Assembly: GCF_009914755.1 (NCBI RefSeq)
Contig: NC_060935.1
Source: the human T2T-CHM13v2.0 reference genome, Homo sapiens
Reading direction: 5' to 3' (one strand)
Length of the DNA stretch: 64,000 nt
The translations under genes and the position numbers were made by a program. A model generated the notes under the pieces. That model had not been told where the DNA came from, searched no databases, and saw only the letters and a program-made list of their open reading frames with translations. Shown piece after piece: positions 1-15,135 of this stretch; position 1 is the stretch's first letter; each line of letters starts with the position of its first letter.

Positions 1-829
1 GCACACAGGCCCAGTGCCTGGCCCATTTGGGGTGCTTAGTACGTTTTGGAGGTCACTTCCAAGTGTTTCAGGTATAGTAAATTGTTCCTTTACAGAGAAC
101 TCCCCACTTCACACAGAAGGTAGACTAAAGTAAGGCAGAGAAATCCAAATTCCAGAATTTGAAGACTTTTAAAGTTCCATTCTAAATGAAAAGAAATTAA
201 AATGAGCCAAGAAAAGAATAGGCATAGATTTCCACAAACTATTCACCCTAGAGTTTTGGGGACACTGGACACCAGATCAGCAGGATAAGCTGGGAATAAG
301 GAACTGGTACCAGTAGATGGAGGCCAGGTACAGATCTTCTGAGCTGGGAAAATTGTTCTCTTTGGCCTCTGAGGGGTCAGGCACAGTGACCTTCTCCAAG
401 TGGTAGGCTTTGGGGAATGAAGGAGGCGGTCCACAAGGCAAGGGCAGAGGCAGGGCAAGGCCACTGAGGGAATGAGGAGACCTCTAGGCAGTCAGGGTCC
501 CATGAGGATATCTCCCCACTGTATCACTACTTACATGGTCTTCTGGGCTTCCCTGCTGCTGCTACAAATCCATCAGAGGTCTGTGATGTTGAGGCCAGGG
601 TCAGAAGTTCTGTCCTGAATGTTGAAAACATGCACCCCAATTTTCCTCAGAAAGAAACCAGACAAGGGTTTGAAAAAAGACCAGACACTCCATCATCTTT
701 ATATGATCATAAACTATAAAAAGGCAACTGTATGTCACCTAAGGGCAGTCTTGCATAGCAGAAAGAGCTCCAGCTTTGGATTTGAGGGTTTCAGTATTAG
801 CTAAATTGCTGAAAACCATCAAAGAGCAC

Positions 830-1060
830 AGCATAATAATTAAGAACAAGGCTCTGGTCTCACATTGCCTGGATTTTTGTTTCCACTTATTCATTGTGTG
901 ATGTTGGCCAAGTCACCCAGCCTACCAAATCTCAGTTCTGGGAATCTCATAGGATTGTTTTGAGGGTTAATTAAGCCATTAAGATTGAATCAAGCATTTA
1001 GCACACTGCCGAGAATGTAATAAGTACCCAATCAATTTTAGCTTTATTGCCACTATTAAC
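830..1060. mobile_element. MIR SINE
   Basis: Core-like ccacttattcattgtgtgatgttggccaagtcac…tcataggattgttttgagggttaa…tttagcacactgcc. Boundaries approximate. Confidence 0.6.
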
Positions 1061-3019
1061 AATGAGGTCTTAGACAAGTTATGTAATGCCGCTAGGCCTC
1101 AGTTTCTCCATCTGTAGAATGGGGATGGCAATCTCCAATCATCAAACCACAGTGAGGCCTGGAGCAGAAGGTTCTTGGTACATCGAAGATGCACTATAGG
1201 TGGCAATCCTCCCTTTTTGTTATGTGGGTTAATTCCTTCTGACTTTGGAATACCCCTGAGGAAATATAGTAGGAAGAACACTGTTTCATACTGCAATTTC
1301 TTGGTATGAGACTTTGCTACTCCCTTCTCCCACCCCAATTCCACCCTGGATAATTCCAGCTTAGAAAAAACTTACCTGGCCTATAACCTGGTATGTGGAG
1401 ATGATTGTAGTTGCATTTTGCTTTGTGTTTGAGTCTGCCAGACTTCAGAAAGCCCAAATTTTAGGACTTGGTCCCCTCATTCCAGATGTTCAGGACAGCC
1501 TCCATCAGAATGCAATGAACAGGGCTACTTGAGGAATAGGCAACTTCTGGGAACTGGGTAGGACTCCTGGGAGCCACGTTCACTGTCTTGGATGCCCTTC
1601 TTGCTCTCCAGGCAAGGGGACAATCTTAATAGCATCAACTTCAGATTTCAGTTCACTGTGGAGACTAAGGAAATCAAACCCAAGTCCTGGCCCCTGGCCT
1701 CTCCAGCTCCTTGGCCAGGGACCTTACAAGCTCCTGACTCTGGTGGTTTTCCACCATGAAGGGAATGTGACTCATTGCCAGTCCATCTGCCTTTACCTCA
1801 ATTTTCAATTCCCGTCCTCTGTGTGAGTAATAGGATCAGTTGTTCGTACTTGCAAAGGAAGGATTTCATGCATGGTGAGATGGCAGCTCGAAGTTTATGG
1901 CTGAGGACAATTGACCCACTGGGAGTTGGAAGGGGCAGGGGCAGCAGGCAGCCCCCACCACACAGCCAGAACTGCTCTGTGTAATCAGACTTTTCATAGT
2001 GGGGTCAAGCAGCAAATCCAGTAGGAGAGGTGGAGCCCAGAGAGTCAGCGAGCTAATGACAGAGAGTCAGGCAAGCTATGCAATTATGGGATGTTCAGCA
2101 CTAACACAGTCCAAACCTTAATGAGCCACAGTCCCTAGACTCCCAAAATTGAGAAGGGCACTTATTATGTGGCGGCACCGTGACTGTGGCTGGTATTAGA
2201 TGGGCTTGTGGTGGGGCCATGTGGGATTCACCAGGTCCAGTCTCCTTCCTGAGAAAGCTGGGGCCCCCTTCGATGGGCCCCTCTGCAAGGCCTGACCCCC
2301 ACTTCTGCTGTGGCCCTGTGCTCTCCACTTGTCAGAGGCCACACCCTGTAATCAAACCAAATGAAAACAGTTCCTCCCTGGATGTGTTTCCTATCTCAGC
2401 GAGGGCAGCAGCTTCAGGAGAAACCAGGGGAGTCAACTTCGATTCTTTCCTTTTCTTCACACTCATATCCTATCCTGTCCCTCCCAGATCTTCCTATCCC
2501 ATGCCATTGCCTTAGTTCAGGCTTCTGTCTTTCTTCTCTTTCTGTTTTATAACTATCATTTCCCAACAGGCTACTCTCCTGCCTAGGATTTAACCTGGCT
2601 GTGATTAATTTTTTACTGATTCTTTGCACAATTGTTGTCACTTCCCTGCTCTAAAATGCTTTTCGTGGCTCCAAGTTGTCTTTGGGATTAAATCTACATC
2701 CCTGATCATGGCATTCGAGATCTTTGATCAACTAGTCCCTGTTTCTCTCTTCAGACCCGTTCCTGGCCCCACCCTCAGAGGCCCCTGATGTTATAGTCTA
2801 GTGAAACTTCTTGCCATATGACTTTTTGACCATATGCCTCTGGGCCTTTGTACATGGTGTCTCCCCTATGTGGAAGTCTTTTTGCCTTTGTCATCCTGGC
2901 AACTCCTCTCCTCTAAGAACTAGGGCAAATGTCACTTCCTTTGTGTAAATATTCCCAGGCGAAGTCAGGCCCTCTGTCTTCTGTGATCGTAGTCTATCCT
3001 GCTCACATCTTCTTGGTAG

Positions 3020-3240
3020 TGTGGTGTTTAGGTGATAGAAGCTGAGACTCTGAACTCTAGAGGCCTGGGTTTGAGTAATGGCTCCATTATTTACTCACCA
3101 TGTGACCTCTCCAAACAAAAGTCTCCTCATCTGTAAACGGGGGTAATAATACTACTTCCCTCACATGGCTGTGGGCAGGCTTAAAGGAGATAATATATAG
3201 AGAGGGCTTGGACACTGCCTGACTCCTTGCTGGAACTCAA
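3020..3240. mobile_element. MIR SINE
   Basis: cctgggtttgagt…tgtgacct…ctcatctgtaaacgggggtaataatactacttccctcac MIR core. Confidence 0.7.
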
Positions 3241-3285
3241 CACTTCAACTGCTCTTATAATTATAACCAGATGAATTGTTGGTGG

Positions 3286-3306
3286 TTTTTTTTTTTTTTT
3301 TTTTTT
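3286..3306. repeat. poly(T) tract
   Basis: About 20 consecutive T. Confidence 0.9.
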
Positions 3307-4059
3307 GCCTGTTTGGGTCTTGGCTGAGCTCTATGAAGGCTGGAATTTTCTCCTGTTCAACTTTGTAGCCTCAGCTCCTAGAACAGGGCTTGTTCTGAGC
3401 AGGCCCATGGAGAACACCAGGAGACTAGGTCTCCAGGCCTGGCCCCAGTGTGCACTGGCTGTAGGACTTGAGACAGGCAACTTCTCCTGGCCTCTTGCAC
3501 CTGGGGGCCCGTTTGGAGGGCAGAGCTGCCAGTGCAGCCCCAGGTGAAGGATCTTTTGTCCCTGGGTCTGCCTACAACTGAAAATAGAGAATCCTCCTTA
3601 GGAGCCTGAGGCTTGGGAGTGGAGCCAGGGCATGGTGGAGGCAAGGTACCCAAGTGATGGCTGGAGGCTGATGGAGAGTTCTGGAGCCTTGTAGATGGTG
3701 GAGAGACTGGCTCTTGGAAACCCTCTAGTGGTGATTTCTATACCCTCACCTGCATTTCACAGAAGCATGCAGAGGTATCAGGATGGTAATGGGCACATTA
3801 CGTCTGTGAATTATCCTAAATGTCCACTTTGGCAAATGAAAATATTCTCTTTAAAGTAGGGAGAAGAACAGAATAGAAAAAACAAAGCTAAACCATTTGT
3901 AGTCTATACATCAAATCCCATGTTACTGCCATGAAAATTCATGACAAACAATGGGAATAGCTGGATGTGTGTGTAAGAATGCATTTAAAATTTTTACCTG
4001 ACAGTACTGCACATGACATTGGAACAGAGCACAGCCTAAAGCAGTTTAACATAACACTT

Positions 4060-4300
4060 AAGAACATACAGTCTAGACACTGATGAGCTGGGTTCAGAGC
4101 CAAACTTTGCCACTTGTGATCTGTGTGATCTCAGATATGTTATTTGGCCTTGCTAAGCTTCAGTTTCCTCATCTGTAAAAGTAAAATCATAAGAGTACCC
4201 TCCTCACAGGGTCATTGTGAGAATCAACTGAGATAATACATGTGAATCAATCCACATGATAATTGGCATAGGGCCCGTCCTCAATTAGTGCTATTATAAT
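4060..4300. mobile_element. MIR SINE
   Basis: gagctgggttcaga…cttcagtttcctcatctgtaaaa…cctcacagggtcattgtgagaatc MIR core. Confidence 0.75.
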
Positions 4301-5269
4301 GATTATGGATTTTATCCCCCTGACCCTCACAACCCGATGAGACAGGACAGCAGCATAGGTTATTATTATTCCCACTTGAAAAATGTTTAAATGTAATTAA
4401 GTTCCATACATATACACCAGCTGCATCATTGGTGTGTCAGGTCCATTGCCTTGCAGATACTGTAGCATGTAGCATGGTGGCTTGTAGGTAGGACAAGACA
4501 GACACAAGATCTGCCCTGCATCATCTAGGGGGTAAGGCAGACATTTAAAAGTTGTTAAACAATTGAGACCAGTATAGATCAGAGGAAAGACAGAGTGCTT
4601 ACAGACGTGTGGGGCACATGGGACATAAATTTGTTGAGGAGTCACAAAGGACTCCTTCAGAAGAGAGATTAAGGTCAAGACCTCAATGATGTGTAGAAGC
4701 CAGCAAGGTGAAGAGGAAGTGGGAGAGAGGGACCAGCATGTGCAAAGCCTGGGAGGCTGGAAGTCACAGTAGCAGGACTGAAATAACTCAGGGCTGGGAC
4801 AATGGTTGGAAATAAGGGGGCAATGACCAGATCAGGAAACTGAGGCTCAGAGATGACAAGTGTCATGTGTAGGGGCACACAGCTATCAAGAGGAGGGAGT
4901 GGGAGGAGGGCACAGGTGATGGCTCCTAATCAGGTGTTCTTGTGGCTTATATCACCATAATGACTCTCATGCTGGCAATACAGATACACACACATACCAT
5001 TTTTAGAGGTTAAAAAATAAGTCATTCATGAGTTAATGAAAGATCATAGAGTGTTAACAATGTCTTCTCTCAATCAGAGGGCATCTACAATGCTGGAGTT
5101 TGACAGTTAACAAGATGGGGCTCTGAGTCATTGAAGAGAAGGCAGCTGTCAGATGTACACATTGGCTCATAAGAGTGAAAACAGTTACCTGGAGCTAAAT
5201 TCATGTTCCTTGGCTTTCTGAAACCGAAATAACAACAAGTTCCATTAGGGTGCTGGACAAACTGCAGAG

Positions 5270-5460
5270 GTGGTGAGAGCACAGACTTTGGAGTCAGGCA
5301 CTGGACTGAAATCTGGCACTGTCAGAAACCTCTTTGAGCCTCAGTTTCTCCTCCTCTGTAAGATGAGGGTAATAAATAGCATTTTACTGAATACTAGTTA
5401 GATATTGTATGTGCAAGTTCTTGATAAGTGCCTGCTATGCAGAAGGTACTCAAGAGATAG
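5270..5460. mobile_element. MIR SINE
   Basis: gagcacagactttggagtcagg…gagcctcagtttctc…tctgtaagatgagggtaataa. Confidence 0.7.
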
Positions 5461-6589
5461 TTTCTTTCATAGTGTGCTTGGAACTATGCTACATTAAAAA
5501 TAATTTGTTAGAGTAGTCAAATCTCTTCTTTGCCCTCAAACCCTTCTACCAATTGAGAGAGGGCCACTGCCTGGAGAAATGGATGTGATAAAGTGTTGGC
5601 AGTGCCACAATCCATGCCCATGCCACAAATTACTCTCAGTATTAGCTTCAAGGTGGGTTGGTGGGTCTCATTTTGCCTCCCCCAGGACCCCTGGAGTTAT
5701 ACCATAGGATTTACTCTCTTACTATATTATACTGAACAGTTTGATTAACAAAAAATGATATAGAACACGTCAGAAAATGATATGGAACACCAAATGTTAA
5801 GTGAATAGGATGAAGAGTGAAAATGGAGATTTCTGAGTAATGTTGATCTGAAAACTTTTTCTGCTGCTACAGCTTGGAGCAAAGGACTAGTGCATGGAGA
5901 CAGGAGAGAACACAGAGAAGCTCAGAGGAAAAGGGGGCATTTCCACTATAGGTGGGCACAGGAGGCATTTTGTAGAGCCCACTGAAGGAGAAAAAAACCT
6001 TCTCAGTGTTTCTGGTATTGCACAGATGGGTCAGTGGCAAGTTAGAAACATGCCTGTTGCAACCTGCTTAGCACCAAATGCTGGGGCAGGATTTACACTT
6101 AAAATGTGAACTTGGAGTGCTTAGGGGTGGAGAGAAGAAGAATTGCCCGCCACTTACGTAAAAGCCCCCATGCACAGTAAGGCCTATGCTGATGCAGCTC
6201 AGCATGGGATTCAGAGGCAGATCAGAAGCAGAGAAATGAAGACATCGAAAAATTTGATCAAGATTAGAGTAGTCACATTTCCTTTAGTCACATTTGACTG
6301 GGGCTTCACAAGAGCCTTGGTGCAGAGGGATGGGAAGTTAATAGCCTAACCATGCTGTAAAGTATTTATAGCTTGTTACATAAATAATTATGGTTTAATT
6401 AGCTGTTTAGTAAACAGTTTATAGTTCACTGCATAGCAGAGGTTAAGTCATTCTAAAGTCATCTATGTGTTGTTTTTATAAAGCCCTCACTGAGAGAGTC
6501 TTCCTGTTGGGTTATAGAGAAGTATATGGGCTAGATGGACCCAGCTGACATCTGGTGACAAGAGTTCTTGGGGGACCTGGGAAGTATTT

Positions 6590-7152
6590 TGTTTACTCAG
6601 AATAAAACCCAAAGTGCTTACAATGGCTTCCATGGCTTTATGTGATCTGGCCTAATCCCTTCTATGAGCTCCCCTCCTACTAATATTTCTGTTGTTCTTT
6701 CTACTCTAGCCACACTTATCTCCATACTGTGTCTCAAACAAAGCAGGCATCTCCCTCTCAAGGCCTTTGCACTAGGCTCTGACCGCCTGCAATGGTCAGT
6801 ACCCATATTTCAGCTAATTCTTTCACCTCTTTGAAGTGTTTGCTCAATCTTAGCTTCTCAATGAGCCCTGCTCTGACCACTTATTTAAAATGAAAATTAC
6901 TTACCTGCTTTCCACTTGACGATTGTGGTACCCCTTATTCTACCACTACTTGTTAATAGAAATCATCTGCTTTTAACATACTGTATTCATTTTTATTTAT
7001 TGTATTTATTATTGTTGTCTGTCTTCCCCTGCTATGATGTACTCTCCACAGGGGCTGGAATGTTCGTTCGTTTTGCTTACTAATATATCCCAAGTAGCTA
7101 GAACAGTTCCTGGCACCTATTTAGCCCTAATTAAATATTGTTGAATGAATGA
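6590..7152 (+). mobile_element. L2 (L2a-like) 3' end
   Basis: actcagaataaaacccaaagtgcttacaatggc…ggcctttgcact…ctagaacagttcctggcac…aaatattgttgaatgaatga, the typical L2 terminus. Confidence 0.8.
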
Positions 7153-8002
7153 GACTTGTGAGAATATTCAGGGTGAGACTTGTGACAGTATGTTGGCCAT
7201 GCACTCTGTATGGATGCTGGGAGTGCCTGGAAGTTTTTAGAATAAAGTTCTATGAGAGGGCAGTCCAGTAAGAGGGACTGGACTTCTTGAAAAGAAGAGA
7301 TGTTAGGTCTATTAGATTCACCGTGTCACAAACTGAACCTATCATTGTGTCTTCCAAATTTATTTCTCCTATCCATTCAGCTGCTCAAGTAAAAAATCTG
7401 GTTCTCATCTCTTCACTCTCTCTCATTCATCATCTATATGAATCAGTGTCCAAGTCTTACTGATTTTGTCTTCTTAATTATTCTTGAAGGATTTTTGCCC
7501 AACATCACTCTGTCATCAGAGCTGAGAATTTCTACTCACCTTACACTTGAAAGTCATTTTGAATGAATATAAAATCACTGGCTCACACTTTATTTCCTTG
7601 AGTATTTTAAATATGTAACTCTACTTTTTCTGATATAAAGTATTGCTCTCAGAATCTGATGATAGTGGAATTTTCTGTCTCTTATGGGTAACATGCCACT
7701 TAGTTTTAGATACACAAACAATTTCTTCCCTCCCTGCCTCCCTGCCTTCCTTCTCATTCTTTTCCCTTGTGCAATAATCTTACTATCTTACTACAGTATG
7801 TCTTGCATGTTTGCTTTTATGTATGTAGTATATTCTTTCAATGTGTAGTTTTAAGTCCCCTCCCCCACCTGAAAGTTTTCTGATTTATAGTTTTAGTATT
7901 TACCCTGTTTCTGTGCTTTGAATTCCTTCCTTAGGAACTTACATTGTGTGTTTGTTGGATCTTCTTACCTAACTTTAATATTTGTTGTTTTCTCTCAAAT
8001 TC

Positions 8003-8312
8003 TTTTTATTTTACTTATGTATTTATTTTTTTGAGATGGAGTCTTGCTCTGTCGCCCAGGCTGAAGTGAGTGCAGTGGTGCGATCTTGGCTCACTGCAAC
8101 CTCCGCTTCCTGGGTTCAAGCGATTCCCCTGCCTCAGCTTCCTGAGTAGCTGGGACTACAGGTACCTGCCACCACGCTCAACTAATTTTCTGTATTTTAG
8201 TAGAGACAAGGTTTCACCATATTAGCCAGGATGGTCTCGATCTCCTGACCTCATGATTCACCTCGGCCTCCCAGAGTGCTGGGATTATAGGCGTGAGCCA
8301 CCATATCTGGCC
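8003..8312 (-). mobile_element. Alu (AluS, AluSc-like), full length
   Basis: T-rich tail then gagatggagtcttgctctgtcgcccaggctg…ttagccaggatggtctcgatctcctgacctc…gggattataggcgtgagccacc. Confidence 0.95.
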
Positions 8313-9146
8313 TCCTTTAATCTCTTTCTTCATTTTTTATTTTCAAAGTTTTCTTAATTTTTGCATTTGATTTTAAAGGCATTATCTTATGTGTTTCTTC
8401 TTGTTTAGCCTTTGTTTCTAAAATGACTTTCCCCTCTTTATTTCTAATTCCTTCCTGAGTTGGGACATTTCCTTTCTGATAATTTATGCTTCTTGTTCCT
8501 GTTTTTTATAATTTCCTTAAAATTTTAAGCTTATTTTGTTATAGTCTTATCTGTTTTAAGAGTACATTTTTTTTCTGGCATTTTCTCATTGTAGAGATAT
8601 TATTCTGCTCTTTATTCTCTTTTTAAAATAACTATATATGGGATGAGACTACAATAACTTTCTGTTGCTCACTTTTAAGTGAAATTAGTTTTCATGAACC
8701 TTTAGAAGAAGGCAGGGTTCAGGAAACCTATTCTAACTTTATAGAACTCCACCTTCTTTTGTTTTAGTATAGGGTCCAAAAATATGATGACCTGCTCTCT
8801 GAGTGTTCCTATCTCTGCTTTCTTCCCTCACATTGATCTGAACATCTCGTTCCTGTGCCTCTGTTGTCCCTGTCCCACTGAATTTGGATTCCACTCTCAG
8901 GAGTTTCTCCTTAATGTGGTGCTTTGTTGTGGTAGAGATTCCTGGTGGGTCAGTTTTGAGAGTTCATAAAACACCCTATACTCAGCTATATTGGAAAGGC
9001 AAATCTCCTTCTAGTTTCAGCCACTGTTCTCAAATTCCCATACTATGCTTTCCAGTAAATACCCAGAGGCTATTTTGGGTTCTCCTTTCTCATGTTCTTC
9101 AGATGCCACCTTATTGCTTCTTTCTTCTTCGTCTCATAAGATAATA

Positions 9147-9473
9147 TGATATGGTTTGGCTGTGTCCCCACCCAAATCTCATCTCGAATTATGGCTCCCA
9201 TAATTCCCATGTGTTGTGGGAGGGACCAGGTGGGAGGTAATTGAATCATGGGGGTGGTTTCCCCCATACTGTTCTCATGGTAGTGAATAAGTCTCACGAG
9301 ATCTGATGATTTTATAATGCCTGCCACCAGTTAAGATGTGCCTTTCGCCTTCTGCTATGATTGTGAGGGCTCCCTATCCATGTGGAACTGTAAGTCCTTT
9401 AAACCTCTTTTTCCTTATAAATTACCCAGGCTCAGATATGTCTGTATCAGCAGCATGAAAATGGTCTAATACA
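9147..9473 (+). mobile_element. THE1 (MaLR) solo LTR
   Basis: Starts TGATATGGTTTGGCTGTGTCCCCACCCAAATCTC, ends CTAATACA. 5-bp TSD taata/tgata (1 mismatch). Confidence 0.93.
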
Positions 9474-11895
9474 TGATACCGAGCAGGTCTTACAGCTGTT
9501 GGTGGTTTGTCCCCACTTGCTGGTATTTCGAAGTTTGTGGGGATAACTTATGATCTAGTTTCATTATAAATATCATCCATGGGGTAGGGGTTGTCATATA
9601 GTTACTCTGTCAGTTTTCATGTGGGGGTTTGAAGAGATTGGAAAAATATGCGCCACCACTGCCATCTTTCCAGAATTTTCTTCATGTTTTTGACTTTTAA
9701 GTAAAAAAGGTTTGATGATACACAGGCTTTATTAGAACTTCTCTAATAGAGACTAACACTTAGAGTATTACCCATCAGGCAGTATATATTATGTGTATAT
9801 ACACATAATATATATAATCACTTCACTTAATAATCACCAAAAGCCCAGAAGTTAGTTATTATTATCTTTCACCATTTGCTAGTGAGGAAACTGAAGCACT
9901 GAGTGGTTGTATAACTTGTCCAAAGTTACGTAGCTAGCCAGTGGCAGAGCTGGAATTTGAATCCAGGTAAACCAGCTATAGAGTTTCTGCTCTGGTGGGA
10001 GCAGTGGTAACCAACAGGAGTCTTCACCATGCCTAGAAGACCCAGTGGCATGCCTGGTGGTGGTACCCTGGTACCTAAGAGAGGTAGCAGTAAGAGAAGA
10101 AGTGATGAATGTAACAGTCTGAGATGTCCTGTGGAGTCCAGAGAGCATGACATTCACTGGAAGGAATGGCAGCCATGCTGGGTGGACATGGCAGGGCATG
10201 GCAGCTAGGATCATGCCCAGTGTAAGGCTGCTAAGGAAGAAAGGGTGTCAGAATCATTCAGTTCCACCTTGTAGTTGCTGAACCAGTCTTTTGGGGGGTG
10301 GTGGGGGAACATATGTTAGATGAACTCTGGGGACTCTTAGATGCACTTGAGCGAGCCTCATGACCCATCATGATGGGATGAGAGTGAAGTTGGGCTATCT
10401 TTCTTATGTCTGTCTCTTCTGCTCGACTATGTAAGCTTCCTGGGGGCAGGGATCACCAGAACAAGGCCTGGAACATTGTCAGTGTCAATAGTGTTTCATT
10501 GAATTAAGTTGACCAGGGATTGCCTGAGAGATACTGCTTAATGTTTTAAACCTTGTTGAACTGGTTGAGAATATTCTATGTTGGTTCCTGGTGTCATGTG
10601 GGGACAGACACTTCTCAAGGGCTTGAGAATATATACCCACAACTCACCAGAGCACTGTTTGCCTTTACATTCAGGCCAGGCTCTGAGAATTGGGGCAATG
10701 GTTTCTAAGGGTCTAAGCTCTACCCAACCAGAGCATTGCTTAGTGGAAGACAGGAACATTTGCAAAAATGCCTTGAATGAGAAGTTTCTCTGGTTCTAAT
10801 GACATCAGCTTCAAGTATTTCAAAATCTTTATTATCATACTTTTTGTGGGATCTAGTTACTTGCCCAACACTTAAACTTTTACCACAGGGCTGGGAACTC
10901 ACCTATATTTTGTCTGACATCCTAGCCAAAGACAAAATCCATACCTCCTAAAATTAATTCTAGAGCAGAGGATAGGGTGGGTTTGGGAGGTTCCTATGTG
11001 CCAGTCCAGGAAACTCTTGCCTGTCTTGTGTAACTCCTTGCAAGTTTGGAAAATATTTTTTTCAAATAATCTGGCTTGGCAAGGCATACTATGCATGTCT
11101 CCCAGGCAGTCTTAGGCTTATTTGATTCGATTACATATTTATTGATACCTACTGTGTGTCAGGCCTTGCGCTGAGATGAATCAAACAATGACTGCTTTTG
11201 AGGATATCTCAAAGTCTGGTGGAGGAGAGACACAGATGGGAAGATGAATAGTGTGGTCAGTAACACAGTCTCTGGAGCCAGGCTGCCTGCATGGAGTTCT
11301 GGCTCTCTCAAGTCATGTGGCCTTTCTACACCTCTATATTTTCACCTGTAACATGGAGTGAATAAGAGAGTAAACCAAGTAAGGTTGTCGTGAATAAAAT
11401 AATGCATGATAAGTGCACAGCTCTCGAGGTACTGTAAAGGTTCAATAAAAGTTATTATTACTGGTGGATTTTTTTTTATTTTTTATTTCACTGTGACTTC
11501 AGAACTGCTTTTTGTCTAATTCTGTCTATTTTTTTTTTTGCTAAACACAAAAATATTATTAACACAGTAGTTTAGTTTAAATGTGAGCAGCTTGGGTGCA
11601 AAGCATTCTGGGAGAAGTCAGGCTGGGTGGGGGTTCTCGAGCAGCCAACCCATTTTTTCCTTCAGCTGCTAATAGGCCAGAGCCTCCGAATGTCTTCCCT
11701 GCCCTGGACATAAGCGGCATGCACCTGCTTGATGGGCCTGGGGATTGGTCACTGAGTAGAGGTAGGCGGAGGCAAGGATTCCCGCACTTACTAATTTGTT
11801 CTATGTTTTCTTCTCAGTATGTCTGGTTGCTGCTTGGGGAGAAAGAGTTGCTGCTGTTTAAACAATCTCTATAAATAACAGTTATTTTAAACTCT

Positions 11896-12872
<977 letters not shown>

Positions 12873-13154
12873 TAGCATGGTGCTCAATGCATGGGATATG
12901 CTCAATAAATTCCAGTCATTATTATATTTCTAGTTATTGTGACACGTGTGAAGGTGTTTTATATGGGGAAGAGCAGCACAGAGAACTAACATTTTTGAGT
13001 GTCCCCTTTTGTGCCATGCAGTGTGCTAGGCCCTACACATTCATCACTTAATTTAATTCTTCCATCAACCCTGTGTGGAAACCTCTATTATTATCTATTT
13101 TGTGGATGAAGAAATTGAGGCTCAAATTGGTAAGAAGTTTACTCAAAACACAAA

Positions 13155-13386
13155 CTTATGTTGTTAAAAGTCAGGATACTGGTTATCCTGGTTGGGGAGT
13201 GACTAGAAGGGGCTCAAGGGAGAGTTCTGGGACAATGGTAATAGTTAGGTTTCTTTATCTGGTTGCTGAATTCATGGATGTGTTGACCTTATGAAAATGT
13301 ATTGAACTGTAGCTCAATATTATGATGTGTTCACTTCTATGTACATATGTTATATTTCGATAAAAATTTCAGAAAATGGAAAAAAG
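13155..13386 (+). mobile_element. L1ME-type 3' UTR end, inside a MIR (about 12980-13150 and 13395-13440)
   Basis: aagtcaggatactggttatcc…ggggagtgactagaagggg…ttctttatctggttgctg…tatgttatatttcgataaaaa. Confidence 0.7.
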
Positions 13387-13904
13387 AAGCAGCAGCTTGC
13401 CTAAGGTCACACAGATTATGAGAAGCAGAGCTAGCTCTTCCTACCCTTATGCCAGTGTGCAGGCCTTGTTTGCTTGTGTCTGGATACATCCCCCTTATGC
13501 TCAAACTCGTAGACAATAGGCTACTCAGTCCCAAGGAAGCTGTGGCTCAAGGCCTGTCTGTTAAGGTGGTTAAGGAAGGAGCAGGGTCATTATGAGCCAT
13601 CATGAGGGGCCTCAGAGGGAGGGTTCCCGATGTAGCTAGGCATTGAAGGCACAGGTCCACGAGGCTCACCTGGGATTCATCTGTAGGACAGATGATGAGG
13701 GCCCGACTGGAAGACAAAGCTACTGGGAGTAGCTATGTTCCTTTCCCCTGAGAGAACAACTTCCACCCATAGCCTGACTGGTGACCGCTTTTCTTTCCAC
13801 TTCCCAGTTCTTTGAGGAAGGCTCTGTTCCTGGCTCTTTAGCCAGGTTTCACCTATCATCCTGGAGCTTGGACTCTCAAGGTGTTCCCTGCATGAGGCTC
13901 ATGA

Positions 13905-14194
<290 letters not shown>

Positions 14195-15135
14195 ATAGTT
14201 ATAGATTTACAGAAAGTTACAAAGGTAGTACAGAGTGTTCCCATATACTCCACACTCAGTTTCCCTGATTGCTGACGTCTTATATTACCATGGCACATTT
14301 GTCACAACTAAGGGACCAGCATTGGTCCATTACTATGAACTAAACTCTAGACATTGCAGTTGTCCCTTGGCATCCATGAGAGATTGGTTCCAGGACTTCC
14401 CACAGTTACGAAAATGTGTGAATCCTCCAGTCCCTGATATAAAATTGCTTAATACTTGCATATAAGCTACACTTATCCTCTTGTATACTTTAAATCATCT
14501 CTAGATTACTTATAATACCTAATACAATGTAAATACTATGTAAATAGTTGTTATACTGTGTTTTTTGTGTGTGACATTTTTATTATCATATTGTTATTTT
14601 TTGTTTTTTTGAATAATTTCAATCTGCAGTTGGTTGAATCCATATATGCAAAATCTGTGGATATGGAAAGCTGACTGTATTCAGATTTCACTAGTTTTTT
14701 TTTCATGAATATCCTTTCTCTGTTTCAGGATTCCACCCAGGATATCATATTACACTTAGTCCTCATGTCTCCTTAGTCACCTCTGTTCTATGACAGTTTT
14801 TCAGTCTGCCTTTGTTTATGATGACCTTGACCACTTTGAAGAGTATTGGTCAGGTGTTTTGTAGAATGTCCCTCAGTTTGGGTTTGTCTGACGCTTCCCT
14901 CATCATGAGACTGAGGCTACGTGTCCTAGGGGAAGAATGCTACAAGATGAAGTGCACTTCTTATCATATCCTTTCAGGGGTACATGCTAGCAACATGCCT
15001 TATCCTTGGTGAGGTTAAACTTGATCACTTGGTTAAAATAGCGACTGCCAGGTTTCTCCACTGTAAAGTTTCTTTATTTCTCCCTTTTCTATACTCTTTT
15101 CTTTGGAAATGATTCACTAAGTGTACCCATGCTCA
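14195..15135 (-). mobile_element. L1MC-type 3' end, split by MER2
   Basis: tagatttacagaaagttacaaaggtagtacagagtgttcccatatac… resumes after MER2 with atgaccttgaccactttgaagagtattggtcaggtgttttgtagaatgtccctc. Confidence 0.8.
14357..14677. mobile_element. MER2 (TcMar-Tigger MITE)
   Basis: Termini cagttgtccctt…/…aaagctgactg followed by TA. Internal tatactttaaatcatctctagattacttataatacctaatacaatgtaaat matches MER2. Confidence 0.9.

Larger units (their letters stand above)
7510..9690 (-). mobile_element. Old L1M/HAL1-like fragment interrupted by an Alu and a THE1 LTR
   Basis: Strongly T-rich strand bias with decayed L1 ORF1/HAL1-like phrases (gaatataaaatcactggctcacactttatttccttgag…). Family call is tentative. 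Confidence 0.45.

Noticed and set aside
5752-5790. Short imperfect direct repeats (aaaatgatat[a/g]gaacac x2; also tagtcacattt x2 near 6270 and gcctgttctgtggg x2 near 54792)
   Set aside because: Two-copy slippage products common in mammalian introns, with no array or spacer structure; not CRISPR-like.
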